Notes under the pieces: generated by a model
The model's database searches: none
Seen by the model: the letters and a program-made list of their open reading frames with translations, nothing else
Told to the model about the DNA's origin: nothing
Part shown: piece after piece, positions 9,822 through 20,699 of the stretch
How positions within the stretch are numbered: position 1 is the stretch's first letter
Layout of the letters: every line of letters begins with the position of its first letter
Position numbers and translations under genes: made by a program
Assembly (NCBI GenBank): GCA_965240325.2
Contig: OZ251237.1
Location: 1,240,001 to 1,304,000, forward strand
Length of the DNA: 64,000 bases
Reading direction: 5' to 3'
Source: Rebecca billardiae RCC1528
Lineage: Eukaryota; Protista; Haptophyta

Positions 9822-11582
9822 ATGGCTGACGCGACAAGCCGCGCTTGCAATGAGGCCGATTGCGACAAGCGGCCCTCCTTTGGCATGCCGGGTGACGCAC
9901 GCCCGAGTCGGTGCGCTGCTCACCGGCTGCCTGGCATGGTCAACATGTTCATAAGCACATGCGTTGATGCCGACTGCGAGAGGCGAGCGACATTTGGCAT
10001 GCCGGGTGACGCACGCCCCTGCCGGTGCGCTGCGCACAAGCTGCCCGGCATGGTCGACGTGATCAACCGCACGTGCGAGGAGGCTGGCTGCGTGAAGCGG
10101 CCTGCATTCGGCATGCCGGGTGACGCCCGCCCCTGCCGGTGCGCCGCGCACAAGCTGCCCGGCATGGTCGACGTGATCAACCGCACGTGCGAGGAGGCCG
10201 GCTGCGTGAAGGTGCCGTCATTCGGCATGCCGGGTGACGCACGCCCCCACCGATGCGCCGCGCACAAGCTGCCCGGCATGGTCAACGTGAAGGACCGCAC
10301 GTGCGACGAGGCAGACTGTGTGAAGCTGCCGTCATTCGGCATGCCGGGTGACGCACGCCCCTGCCGGTGCGCTGCGCACAAGCTGCTCGGCATGGTCGAC
10401 GTGATCAACCGCACGTGCGAGGAGGCTGGCTGCGTGAAGCGGCCTGCATTCGGCATGCCGGGTGACGCCCGCCCCTGCCGGTGCGCCGCACACAAGCTGC
10501 CCGGCATGGTCGACGTGATCAACCGCACGTGCGAGGAGGCTGGCTGCGTGAAGCGGCCTGCATTCGGCATGCCGGGTAACGCACGCCCCCACCGGTGCGC
10601 TGCGCACAAGCTGCCCGGCATGGTCGACGTGGTGAGCCGCACGTGCGACGAGGCAGACTGTGTGAAGCTGCCGTCATTCGGCATGCCTGGTGACGCACGC
10701 CCCTGCCGGTGCGCCGCGCACAAGCTGCCCGGCATGGTCAACGTGAAGGACCGCACGTGCGACGAGGCAGACTGTGTGAAGCTGCCGTCATTCGGCATGC
10801 CTGGTGACGCACGCCCCCACCGGTGCGCCGCGCACAAGCTGCCCGGCATGGTCAACGTGAAGGACCGCACGTGCGACGAGGCAGACTGTGTGAAGGTGCC
10901 GTCATTCGGCATGCCGGGTGACGCACGCCCCCACCGATGCGCCGCGCACAAGCTGCCCGGCATGGTCGACGTGATCAACCGCACGTGCGAGGAGGCTGGC
11001 TGCGTGAAGCGGCCTGCATTCGGCATGCCGGGTAACGCACGCCCCTGCCGGTGCGCCGCGCACAAGCTGCCCGGCATGGTCAACGTGATCAACCGCACGT
11101 GCGACGAGGCAGACTGTGTGAAGGTGCCGTCATTCGGCATGCCGGGTGACGCACGCCCCTGCCGATGCGCTGCGCACAAGCTGCCGGGCATGGTCAACGT
11201 GATCAACCGCACGTGCGAGGAGGCTGGCTGCATGAAGCGGCCTGCATTCGGCATGCCGGGTAACGCACGCCCTCACCGATGCGCCGAGCACAAGCTGCCC
11301 GGCATGGTCAACGTGAAGAGCAGGACGTGCGACGAGGCCGGCTGTGTGAAGCAGCCGTCATACGGCATGCCGGGTGACGCACGCCCCTGCCGGTGTGCCG
11401 AGCACAAGCTGCCCGGCATGATCAACCGGAAGAAGCGGACGGTGGGCGTTCTCTACGGCGTGCAACTGACGAGTGGTAGTGATGATGCTACTCCGCTAAC
11501 GGCGCGCCGCGCGGCACCATCATCACATCAGCACGTGATGCGGATGTCTCGAGATGACGCTGCGTCGTCATCACGGTTCTGA
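9822..11582 (+). CDS. EsV-1-7 cysteine-rich repeat protein (14 x 38-aa units)
   Basis: Unit CxxxxCxKxPxFGMPGDARPxRCAAHKLPGMVxVxxRT matches the EsV-1-7 C-x4-C-x16-C-x2-H pattern; 114-bp DNA period; intronless; ATG at 9822. Confidence 0.85.
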   Translation: MADATSRACNEADCDKRPSFGMPGDARPSRCAAHRLPGMVNMFISTCVDADCERRATFGMPGDARPCRCAAHKLPGMVDVINRTCEEAGCVKRPAFGMPGDARPCRCAAHKLPGMVDVINRTCEEAGCVKVPSFGMPGDARPHRCAAHKLPGMVNVKDRTCDEADCVKLPSFGMPGDARPCRCAAHKLLGMVDVINRTCEEAGCVKRPAFGMPGDARPCRCAAHKLPGMVDVINRTCEEAGCVKRPAFGMPGNARPHRCAAHKLPGMVDVVSRTCDEADCVKLPSFGMPGDARPCRCAAHKLPGMVNVKDRTCDEADCVKLPSFGMPGDARPHRCAAHKLPGMVNVKDRTCDEADCVKVPSFGMPGDARPHRCAAHKLPGMVDVINRTCEEAGCVKRPAFGMPGNARPCRCAAHKLPGMVNVINRTCDEADCVKVPSFGMPGDARPCRCAAHKLPGMVNVINRTCEEAGCMKRPAFGMPGNARPHRCAEHKLPGMVNVKSRTCDEAGCVKQPSYGMPGDARPCRCAEHKLPGMINRKKRTVGVLYGVQLTSGSDDATPLTARRAAPSSHQHVMRMSRDDAASSSRF

Positions 11583-11643
11583 CTCCTGCACTGCATGACC
11601 GGCAACCGGTGCGTCCGGTGCCGCACTCGATCGAGCGACGCTG

Positions 11644-11648
<5 letters not shown>

Positions 11649-11730
<82 letters not shown>

Positions 11731-11812
11731 CTAGGTTATATCAGTATATATATATATTATATATATATCTTATTAAATCATAATTATATCTGCGAATAAA
11801 ACCGCGCTCCTT

Positions 11813-11884
<72 letters not shown>
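11649..11884. repeat. (TA)n microsatellite blocks with an AT-rich spacer
   Basis: TA runs at approx. 11649-11728 and 11815-11882. Confidence 0.95.
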
Positions 11885-11886
<2 letters not shown>

Positions 11887-13841
11887 CCAGGTCGTTCCCC
11901 GTGCACTGGGAATCCGCGGTTTCGCCCTATTCAGAGCGCGAGGCCGCGGCATAGCAACGCAGATTTAGTCTTCCGCTTCGTCTATCAGACCACTTGAACG
12001 ATCTAATCGAGCTTTCCAATTGAAAATGACGAAACTAGATCCATCCATTGGAGAAGCCAAATCCCGAGCGCGGCAAAGCCGTGGAACGCAGTAATCAGCC
12101 TCGTCAGCGATAGTCCGCTCACGAAATCGATGCGCTGGAAATGAGTTCTTCGTGTGCAACCTGGAGGCGGGAGCCCTCCGCCGCGGGTGCGGAGCACCGA
12201 TTCTGACCCGCCCCCTGCGGCTGCGGCCGGGCACGAGTGCGATGCCGCTGGCCCCGGCTGGGGGGCGCGCCCGGGCCAGGGCACTGCGGGCGCGGATGTG
12301 CTCGCGGAGCCGGCGTGCGTGGACGGGCTGTTGCGGGAGAGTATCTGCCGCCCTCCTGCGCCGTGCGACTTGCGCCACGCCTCTTTCGCCTCGGCTCAGG
12401 GCAGCGCACACGCGCGCGCCGCCTCCGAAGGCCAGCCTTGCCTGCGCCGCAGCCGGTCGCGCGCGCGCCGTGCGCGGCGTGGTCGGGAAGGAACGGGGGG
12501 TGCTGCCGGGCGAGATGGCGACATCATGTGCGCACGCCATGCCGCCGCGCCACGCCTTGCCGAGCGTGTCGCCGGTCCGTTTGCACGCCTCTTCCAGTTG
12601 TCACAAATGGTGTCAGGTGTGCCGCACGGCCTCGCGGTCGTGACTGCGCTGGGGGGCGCGCCCGGGCCAGGGCGCTGCGGGCGCGGATGTGCTTGCGGAG
12701 CCGGCGTGCGTGGACGGGCTGTTGCGGGAGAGTATCTGCCGCCCTCCTGCGCCGCGCGACTTGCGCCACGCCTCTTTCGCCTCGGCTCAGGGCAGCGCGC
12801 ACGCGCGCGCGCCGCCTCAAGGCCAGCCTTGCCTGCGCTGCAGCCGACCGCGCGCGCGCCGTGCGCGGCGTGGTCGGGAAGGAACGGGCGCGGCTGCCGG
12901 GCGAGATGGCGATATCATGTGCGCACGCCATGCCGCCCCGCCACGCCTTGCCGAGCGTGTCGCCGGTCCGTTTGCACGCCTCTTCGAGTTGTCACAAATG
13001 GTGTGCACGCGGCCTCGCGGTCGTGACCGCCTTGTCGGGACGATCATTGAGACACAGAACAGTGCCAGACGGGCACGCGGGAAACTCTTACATGAATGTT
13101 CATCACTGCGTGGTCATGTAGAAGTGCTGGGTGCGACGCTTTCCTCGCGCGGATGCACTTTCATCATCTTCTTCGAGCTCAGGTCTGGCTTCAGGCACGA
13201 CAAGAAAGCAGCACTCGTCAACAGCTGTGCGGATCCGTTATCGTGCCCTTTCGCGGCGCCGCGGGGCGGCATGGCGTGCGCACATGATGTCGTCATCTCG
13301 CCCGGCAGCACCCCCCGTTCCTTCCCGACCACGCCGCGCACGGCGCGCGCGCGGTTGGCTGCGGCGCGGCAGTGCTCGGGCCTCGAGGCGGCGCGCGCGT
13401 GCGCGCTGCCCTGAGCCGCGGCGAAAAGAGGCGTGGCGCGAGACGCGCGGCGCAGGAGGGCGCCAGATACTCTCCCGCGACAGCCTGTCCACGCAAGCCG
13501 GCTCCGCGAGCACATCCGCGCCCGCAGCGCCGTGCGGCGTGCCCCGGGCGCGCCCCGCCAACGGCGCTCGGCCGCCTTGCCGCTGCCCGCCTGCCGCCGA
13601 GGGCAAAAGGTCAAGATTTGGTCGGCCCTCGCCTGCCGAGCCGCCACCGGCCGGGGGCTCCGCCCTGCCTTCTATCTCGTTGCGGCTCAATTTTGGGATT
13701 GCGAGACCAGCTCATCGATTGACGCACATCCGCACCCGCGAGACCTGAAAATCTTATTCGCGGGTAGCGACGGGTGCGTCCTGCGGCTGTTTTTCTCGTA
13801 TGTCCAAACCGCGGATTCCCAGTGCAGGGGGAACGACCTGG
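11887..13841. mobile_element. non-autonomous mariner-like element (1955 bp) inserted at the end of a TA tract
   Basis: 36-bp TIR CCAGGTCGTTCCCC(G/C)TGCACTGGGAATCCGCGGTTT with 1 mismatch and TA flanks. Internal ~390-bp direct repeat (~12256, ~12647) plus an inverted partial copy (~13267-13556). Confidence 0.85.
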
Positions 13842-13940
13842 TAATAAAGGGCAATCTGTGAAAGAGTAGCACTAGACTCACCAGCATCGTCAGGAGGAGC
13901 TGCCCGATCGGTAGTCGAGCGTCCCTCCACGCGCAGGCCG

Positions 13941-14783
13941 TCACGGACGGCGAATATCTACGGTCCGCGCGCGAGAGGCCTTGCGCAGCGCTTTGCGCCT
14001 GGCGATCGTCGTCCGAAGGCGCTGCTTGTTCTTCTGGGGCGTGTACTCCCAGCTGTCCGCAGTCGGGGCGTGCGTCTCGTCGCACTGCTGCCAGCAGCGG
14101 CAGCCGCCCGATGGGTCGACACCGCGCGCGCGCAAGCCGTCGAGCACGGCCAGGCCGACGGCGTTCTTCTCGCCGCGGCAGAGCACGTCCGCCACCTGCG
14201 CATGCAGGCACTTTGCATCAGGCGGCTCGCGCCGCGTGACGCCCGCGAGACCGCTGTTGAGCACCACAGAGGTCTGCTGGTCAGCATCGAACGTGGCGCA
14301 CTGCTGCTCGCCGACAAGCCCGCGCCGCACGGTGCGGTGCGCGTCGTGGGCCTCATTCAGCGACGCCTGCAAGGCCGGTGCCGCGTCCACGCGCGCGTTC
14401 AGCTCGCGCACGGCGCCTTCGCGCTCCCACTCATCGATTGCCTGGACGAGGTGCGGGCAGGTGAGCCTGAAGAGGCCCGTGTCGATGGGGAACCCGGCCA
14501 GTCCGCTCTTGGCGCGTCTGCACGGATCGAGCACGACTGCCTGCGGAAAGCCATACTTGCACCGGGCGCCCACGGCGAGCATGGAGGTGAGCGGGTGGCG
14601 CAGCTGCCGATTCTCGACGCACGAGCGGTCACGCTCGGTCGGCTGCGAGCACGATGGGAGGAGCTCATCGACGCACTGCGAGTGACTGTGCATCGCCTGC
14701 GCCATCATGCGCATGGCCGATGGCCGATGCGGTGACACACGGCAGGACAATGCCGCGACGAGCGCGGCGTGCGATCCGCGCAT
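13941..14783 (-). CDS. DUF501 family protein
   Basis: RQL...ARCKYGFPQ...LFRLTCPHLVQAIDEWE...GLAGV...KCLHAQVAD, the DUF501 motif set; start codon uncertain. Confidence 0.75.
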   Translation of the reverse strand: MRGSHAALVAALSCRVSPHRPSAMRMMAQAMHSHSQCVDELLPSCSQPTERDRSCVENRQLRHPLTSMLAVGARCKYGFPQAVVLDPCRRAKSGLAGFPIDTGLFRLTCPHLVQAIDEWEREGAVRELNARVDAAPALQASLNEAHDAHRTVRRGLVGEQQCATFDADQQTSVVLNSGLAGVTRREPPDAKCLHAQVADVLCRGEKNAVGLAVLDGLRARGVDPSGGCRCWQQCDETHAPTADSWEYTPQKNKQRLRTTIARRKALRKASRARTVDIRRP

Positions 14784-14938
14784 GGCTGCCGGCCACGCGA
14801 TGGTCCTGCCGTAATGTGGCCGCGTGCCCCCGGACTGGAACCGCCCTTGATGGCGGGCTTTCCCGCTTGCTGCCACTCCACTGCTCACCAGTGGCAGGTT
14901 CTCGACCAGCAGCATCGAGGCGGCTGCGGTGGCAGCGG

Positions 14939-15478
14939 ATGGCGGAGGTGCATGAGACGCCGGGCGCGACGGCGGATTGCCCGGGTGACGACCTGAGTGT
15001 GCACACGTCAGAGGACCAGCAACGAGCGCTGGTGTCCAACCAGCTGGCGGAGGTCGCGACAGGCAGCCTCGGCCTCGGCGGCCTCGGCCTGAAGGTGCGC
15101 TACTACATCGCCCTCGAGTCGACTTGGCAGGTGGCGCTGTACGCGGTGTGCTACCGGTACCGGCCGACCATTCTCGTGATGCAGTCGGAGCGAGCGCGAG
15201 CTGTGGCCACGCGCGTTGGCGAGTGGATGAAGCGGTGGAACTGGGGGACCGTGTCCAAAATGGGAGCGAACGTGTACAACTCGCCGTGGAAGCTTGCGCT
15301 GGCCGAGTGGACCATTATCAACAAGCTCGCCGCGCCAGTGTCCTTCCCGACGAAGATCTACGCGGCGCACTTGCTGGCAAATCGCACGGTGCAGAAGAGA
15401 GAGCACCAGGCCTCTGCCGCACCAAGCACGACGGCGCACGCAGGTGCAGAGGGCAGTGCGGAGGGAAGCAGGAAGTAG
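14939..15478 (+). CDS. hypothetical protein
   Basis: Ordinary amino-acid composition and GC3-biased codons; divergent from the DUF501 gene; family not recognised. Confidence 0.6.
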   Translation: MAEVHETPGATADCPGDDLSVHTSEDQQRALVSNQLAEVATGSLGLGGLGLKVRYYIALESTWQVALYAVCYRYRPTILVMQSERARAVATRVGEWMKRWNWGTVSKMGANVYNSPWKLALAEWTIINKLAAPVSFPTKIYAAHLLANRTVQKREHQASAAPSTTAHAGAEGSAEGSRK

Positions 15479-16734
15479 GCTGCAAGCCACGCCGATATGT
15501 TGTACCGTGGTGGTGTGGTGGTGGGACTCTTTCACATGACACACCTGCCGCTACCGTGAGGCGAACGACCGCGCCTTCAACGCGAAGACGGTGGGGAGCT
15601 GGTCGCCAACTTCACCTCGGAGAAGAAGGTGGCAGGAACGGCGGGCTCAGAGTCATTTTTGGGTACTTCAATCAATGGCTTTGATGTTTCAGACGACGGG
15701 AGCATCTTGCGCATGGAGACGGCGAAGTCGCGGCTCGCGGCTCGCGGCTCGCAGGCAGCGCCGTGCGCGCCTCGTCATCATCGTGATCATGATAACAAAT
15801 CACGCCGTCGGCTCAGTCGGGCAGCAAGTCGGGCCGCACTCCCGCGCCTCCCGAGCCCCGCGGCCAGTCTGGCGCCGGTCCGACGCATGTGTCGCTGAGA
15901 AGTGATGGCATCCGTGTCGTGATCCGCGGCGCGTCCCGCTGTAGCCAGTGTAGGCTACCCGCTGGCACCACCCTGGCAGGGTCCGACGTCAGTCGTCTGA
16001 CTCTGAGTCGCGGATCTGAGCCGCCGAGTCAATTATTACTACGCGCCGGTGGATAATTTATTTTAATTTTAAAATATATTATTATATATAATAATACTTC
16101 ATTCGTCGTCAGATCGTCGATGATACTCGATGCGATCGATTAGCTAGATCTCACTTCTCACTAATCTCAGCGGATCATCAGCCTGCTAGACTAGGACGTA
16201 ATCCGAAGCTACTTGAGCCTTCTGGCACTAGTTCCAGGTATCATAATTAATATATAAATCATAACCAGCTAGGTAAATCCAGGGGGCGGCGGGGCACTTG
16301 ATAGTCTTGAAGTTGAGTCATCACTCATGAAGTCATGTCATGCTGTCATGCTGTCACTTATGAAGTCATGGCATCATGCTCTGATAGATAGCCGTCGTCG
16401 TGACACGGTCACGGTGAGTGTCGGTCACGGACCGGCGCCGCCACGGAGCCCAGACTCAGACTGCATGTGGCGCCAGACACGTCTGGCGACGACGATGGTA
16501 GGCGCCAAGGGCACGCTGGCGCGCAGCCACCGACCACCCGACCACCGAGCTCGGCGCTGCCCAACGTGTATGGTCGTGGCACGTCCACGAATAAATAGTA
16601 AGAGACACGCGCGCCGCTGTGTGCCCCACGGCCCGTGCTCAGCGAGGTGCGCGGCTGCCGCCGTGGGTGCCACATCGTGCCCGCGCGCTCTGACAGCCTC
16701 TGATGTGCCGCGTGCGCGGCGCGCGGCCGGCGCA

Positions 16735-17350
16735 TCATCGCAACGACTCGATCCTGCCTCCGTGCGTCCCGCGGATCCGCCGCGCGAGCTGGATGTCCTT
16801 GGGCATGATCGTCACGCGCTTGCCGTGGATCGCGCACAGGTTTGCATCCTCAAAGAGGTGCACCAGGTACTCCTCGGCCGACTCCTGCAGCGCCATGAGC
16901 GCCTCGGCCTGCCATCGCTTCTCGCCGGAGGTCGGTGTGGAGTTGTATGTCTGCGTGATCTCACGCACCTGCGCGCGGCAGACGGCGAACAGCGCGAGCG
17001 CTCAGGCAAATGTGCGCGCGCGCGCGCACCCGGCGCGCGCGCGCGGTCGCAGCGGCGCACCAGTCTGGCGAATGGGAGCTTGCGGATGAGCAGCTCGGTG
17101 GAGCGCTGATACTTGCGGATCTCTCTCAGCGCTACGGTACCCGGCCGGAAGCGATGCTTCTTCGGCGCGCTCGGCGCACCCGCTCCTGTGCGGCACGCGC
17201 GCGCGCGCGTGTGCGTGCAGCGCTCAGCACAGCGTGAGCTCGAGCGCGTGGGCATGCACTCGCGGCCGGCCGCTGGCGCGGGCGCGCACCAGTGGCTGCA
17301 GCCGCTGCCCTCCCCTGTCTTGTTGGCGTGTTGTGCGTCTTACGCGGCAT
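16735..17350 (-). CDS. CENH3: centromeric histone H3 variant (139 aa; exons 17350-17290, 17185-17061, 16968-16735)
   Basis: H3 fold ([35 protein letters not shown]...[18 protein letters not shown]) with CenH3 hallmarks: non-canonical N-tail, PFAR for PFQR, longer loop 1, RWQ for RFQ, EDANL for EDTNL. Confidence 0.88.
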
Positions 17351-17578
17351 GCTCGGGCTACGCCGCCCCCGCGAGCAGCCGCGCCGAGCTGCCCGAGCGA
17401 GCGCGACAGGTGCCGAGCAGGTTGCCCAGCAGCTTCACGGCCGCGCCAGCAGCTTTTCTGTTTTCGTTGCTCCGGACCGGAAGGAGCGCTCCCTGTGTTT
17501 GGCACCGGACTGCTTCCACTGGCAGGTGTGGCGCCGCCATCGTCCAGCGCTGCCCGGCGAACGGCGGCGGCGCGAGCG

Positions 17579-20409
17579 ATGCGGAGGCGCGGCGGGAGCT
17601 CGCGCTCGACGTGCGTGACGGCGGCGGCGGCGGGCGCGTGCGCGCTGATCGCCCTCGTCGGCCTCATCCGGTACGAGTACGCGGAGGACGACGGCTGCGC
17701 GCGCATCAGCGACATCGAGCAGCAGAGCGAGGAGCATCTGAAGCCCGCCGGCCTGCGCGCGCACCGCGTCGCCGAGTTCCTCGCGTTCGTGCGCCAGGCC
17801 GAGCCGACGCTGAGCGAGATCATGGGCTTCGAGTCGGGCTTCCGCAGGCCCTCGCGCAACGAGAGCGCCCCCGTCACCGTCGTGCTCAACCACTTCAAGC
17901 GGCGCACGCTCTGCGCGCAGCTCGAGGCGCTGCTCGGGCAGACGGCTGTGCCGTCGCACATCTGGGTGGTGCTGTTCGGCTCGCCCGTCGCGGAGCGGCT
18001 CGAGCGCGTGGCGCGCTCGTACGCCGACCAGCGCACCTCCATCTCCGTCGTCACCTCCGACCTCAACCTCAAGTACTACGGCCGCATGCAAGTCGCGGCG
18101 CGCGCGCCGACTGAGTTTGTGCTTGTGATCGACGACGACATGATCCCCGGCGCGCGGTACGTGGAGCAGATGCTGCACGCGGCGCAGACGCGGCCGTTCT
18201 CGCGCGCGCTGCTGGGCTCGATCGGGTGGATCCTGCCCCGCCCGTCACACGACGGCTCCTTCGGCTCCTATCGGGACCTGAACGGCTCGGTGAGTGCGCG
18301 GCCGGCCGGCGCGCGCGCGTGTGCGCTGCCGCTGCCTGCCGAGCGGCGGCGTGCGCGCGCGAGCGCGCGGGATTCGCGCGCGGCCAGTCGAGCCCGTGTG
18401 CCCGCCGTCGCGCGCCCGTCTGCGCGCGCCACGCGCTCACGCGCGCAACACACGCCCGACCCCCCTCCTGCCGCCGCCGCCGCCGCTGCCGCTGCCGCCG
18501 CTGCCCGCCACAGGGCGGCGTGTACTTGCCCGACCAGCCGTACGGCATCCAGGTGGAGCGCGCGGTGGAGACGGACTTCCTGTGCTCGCTGTGGTTCGTG
18601 CGGACCAAGTGGCTGGCGATGCTCTTCCGGGAGCAGCCCTCCACGTGGGAGACCTCCGAGGACTTCCAGCTCTCCTACTTGCTGCGCAAGTACGCGGGCG
18701 TGCGCTCGGTCGTGATGCCGGTCGACGCGGACGACCCGACCACGTGGGCGGACACGGCGCACAAGCTCGCGTGGGTCGGCGCGACGACGACGGGCCCCGG
18801 CGCGAAGGCGGCGAGCTCGGGCTCGAACACGCCCACGCGCGACCGCGCGTGGTGGCTCGGGCTCACCCGCGGCGGCTCGCAGCGGGGCGTGCGCGAGCGG
18901 CCGCCGCCGCAGCGCGAGCAAGTCGTGCTGCTGGTCTCGTCCGAGCGAGACGCGGCCGCGCTCCGGCCGCTGTACCACGGCTTCCTGCGCCGCTCGGGGC
19001 CGAGCCTGTTCCGCCGGCCGCTCGTCGTGCTCGCGGCGCCGGAGGGGCGGTGCGTCGCGCTGGCCGCCGCGCTCGGCCTCGGCGCGGCCGCGTGCGACGC
19101 GTCGGTGCGCAACCTGCGCCTTCTCGACCTCGGCCTCGGCCGCGGCGTGCTCGGCGGCGCGGCGCGCGCCGCAGACGTCTTTGACGAGATCCTGGGAGAT
19201 CTGTCCGGACTGCTCGCCGCGCTGGAGCCCGAGGTGGTGATCCACGCGCTCGGGAGCGGGCATGGTCCGGCGGCGGCCGAGGAGCCGGCACACCGCGCGG
19301 GCGCGCACGTTGCGCCCGCCGATGCGCTCAGTGCGGCACTGGGCCGGCCGCGGCCACTCGGTGACTCGGAGCGCGCGCACGTCGCGGCGCGCGCCGTCGC
19401 GGCCGCGTGCCACGCGGCGCGCACGCCGCTCATCGCGCTGCCCACAGCCGAGGCGGCCTCGGCCGCGTGGCTCTCGCACCTCGCGCCCAAGACCCTCGCC
19501 CGGTGGCACGAGCCGCAGTTCACCCTGATCGTGAGCGGCACCGATGCGGCGGCGCTCACGGCAACGCTGGACGGCGCGCGCGCGCTGCACACGCTCGGCG
19601 ACCGCGTCGCGCTGCGGCTGCGAGTCAGCTCGGAGCTGAGCACGGAGATGAAGAAGCTCGTGCGCAGCGTGCGGTGGGAGCACGGGCCGCTGATCGGCGT
19701 GCAGCCGCTGCGCGACTACACCTCCACCGTCGCCTTCGAGGCCGAGGCGTGGTACCCAGCGAGCGAGCACTCGTACGGGCTCGCCCTGCGCGAGGGAGAT
19801 TCAATCTCGGCGTACGCGTACGCGTGGCTCAAGTACTGCGTGCTGAGGTATCGGTACGACCCGGCGTCGAGCATCTCCGACCAGTCGTTCGGGCTGCTCG
19901 GCGTGGGGCTCGCGCCCGTGCACGCGCTCGCCGCGCCGCCCGCCGAGGACGACGAGGCGCGGGGCGAGGGCCCGCCAGTCCGGCTCGACCACGCGCTCGA
20001 GGCAGAGCCGCTCCTGCTCTTCCCCGAATCCCGGACCGAGCTGCACGAGAGCGCGTCGCGCGAGCTGAAGGCGAAGGCGGACGCGCGCGCGCTCGCCGCA
20101 GCCGCCGAGGGCGGCTCGGCGTGGCGCTCGATCCTCGAGGGCATGACGGGCAAGGGCTTCGGCGCGGCGGGCGACGACGAGCCGGATTCGGCGAGCTGGC
20201 GCGAGCACATGCGCTCGCTCGCGCGGCAGCCCGGCCGGCCGTCGGCGTTGCTGCGGCCGCACATGCGAGACCGGCACGGCGCGCTGGCGTGCTTCGTCGA
20301 GCCCGCCGGCGGGGCGAAGGCAGTCGGGCGCATGCCCAAGGAGATCCCGTTCACGGCCGCGTGGACGAGCGCCTTGCCCGACGTGCCGCAGATCCCGCGC
20401 GTGCGCTGA
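17579..20409 (+). CDS. type II membrane GT2-like glycosyltransferase (plant/algal type); intron 18290-18513
   Basis: N-terminal TM segment; VTVVLNHFKRRTLCAQL, KYYGRMQ, VIDDDMIPG (DxD), LGSIG, EDFQLSYLLRKY. Confidence 0.8.
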
Positions 20410-20699
20410 CGGCATGACAGCCAGCCGCGCGAATATAATGCGACGGCGTCCGACTGAGTCGACTGCGCCAACGCCACTGCTGTGTCGACTGCGACACAGA
20501 CGCGAGTATGTAGAGCGAAGGGGGTCGTCTATTGGCCTGCTGACTCGCGTTGGGTTCGACGTCGGCGCGGACGAACTCATCAGTAGTCAGTACTCTGAAC
20601 ATATATCGCAGTAGCGGCACTATCGCGCAGTAGTAGTACTTGGGCTGAGTCTGACTCTGAGCCTTCAGAATCAGAGTTCAGCCAGAAGAGTCACTACAA

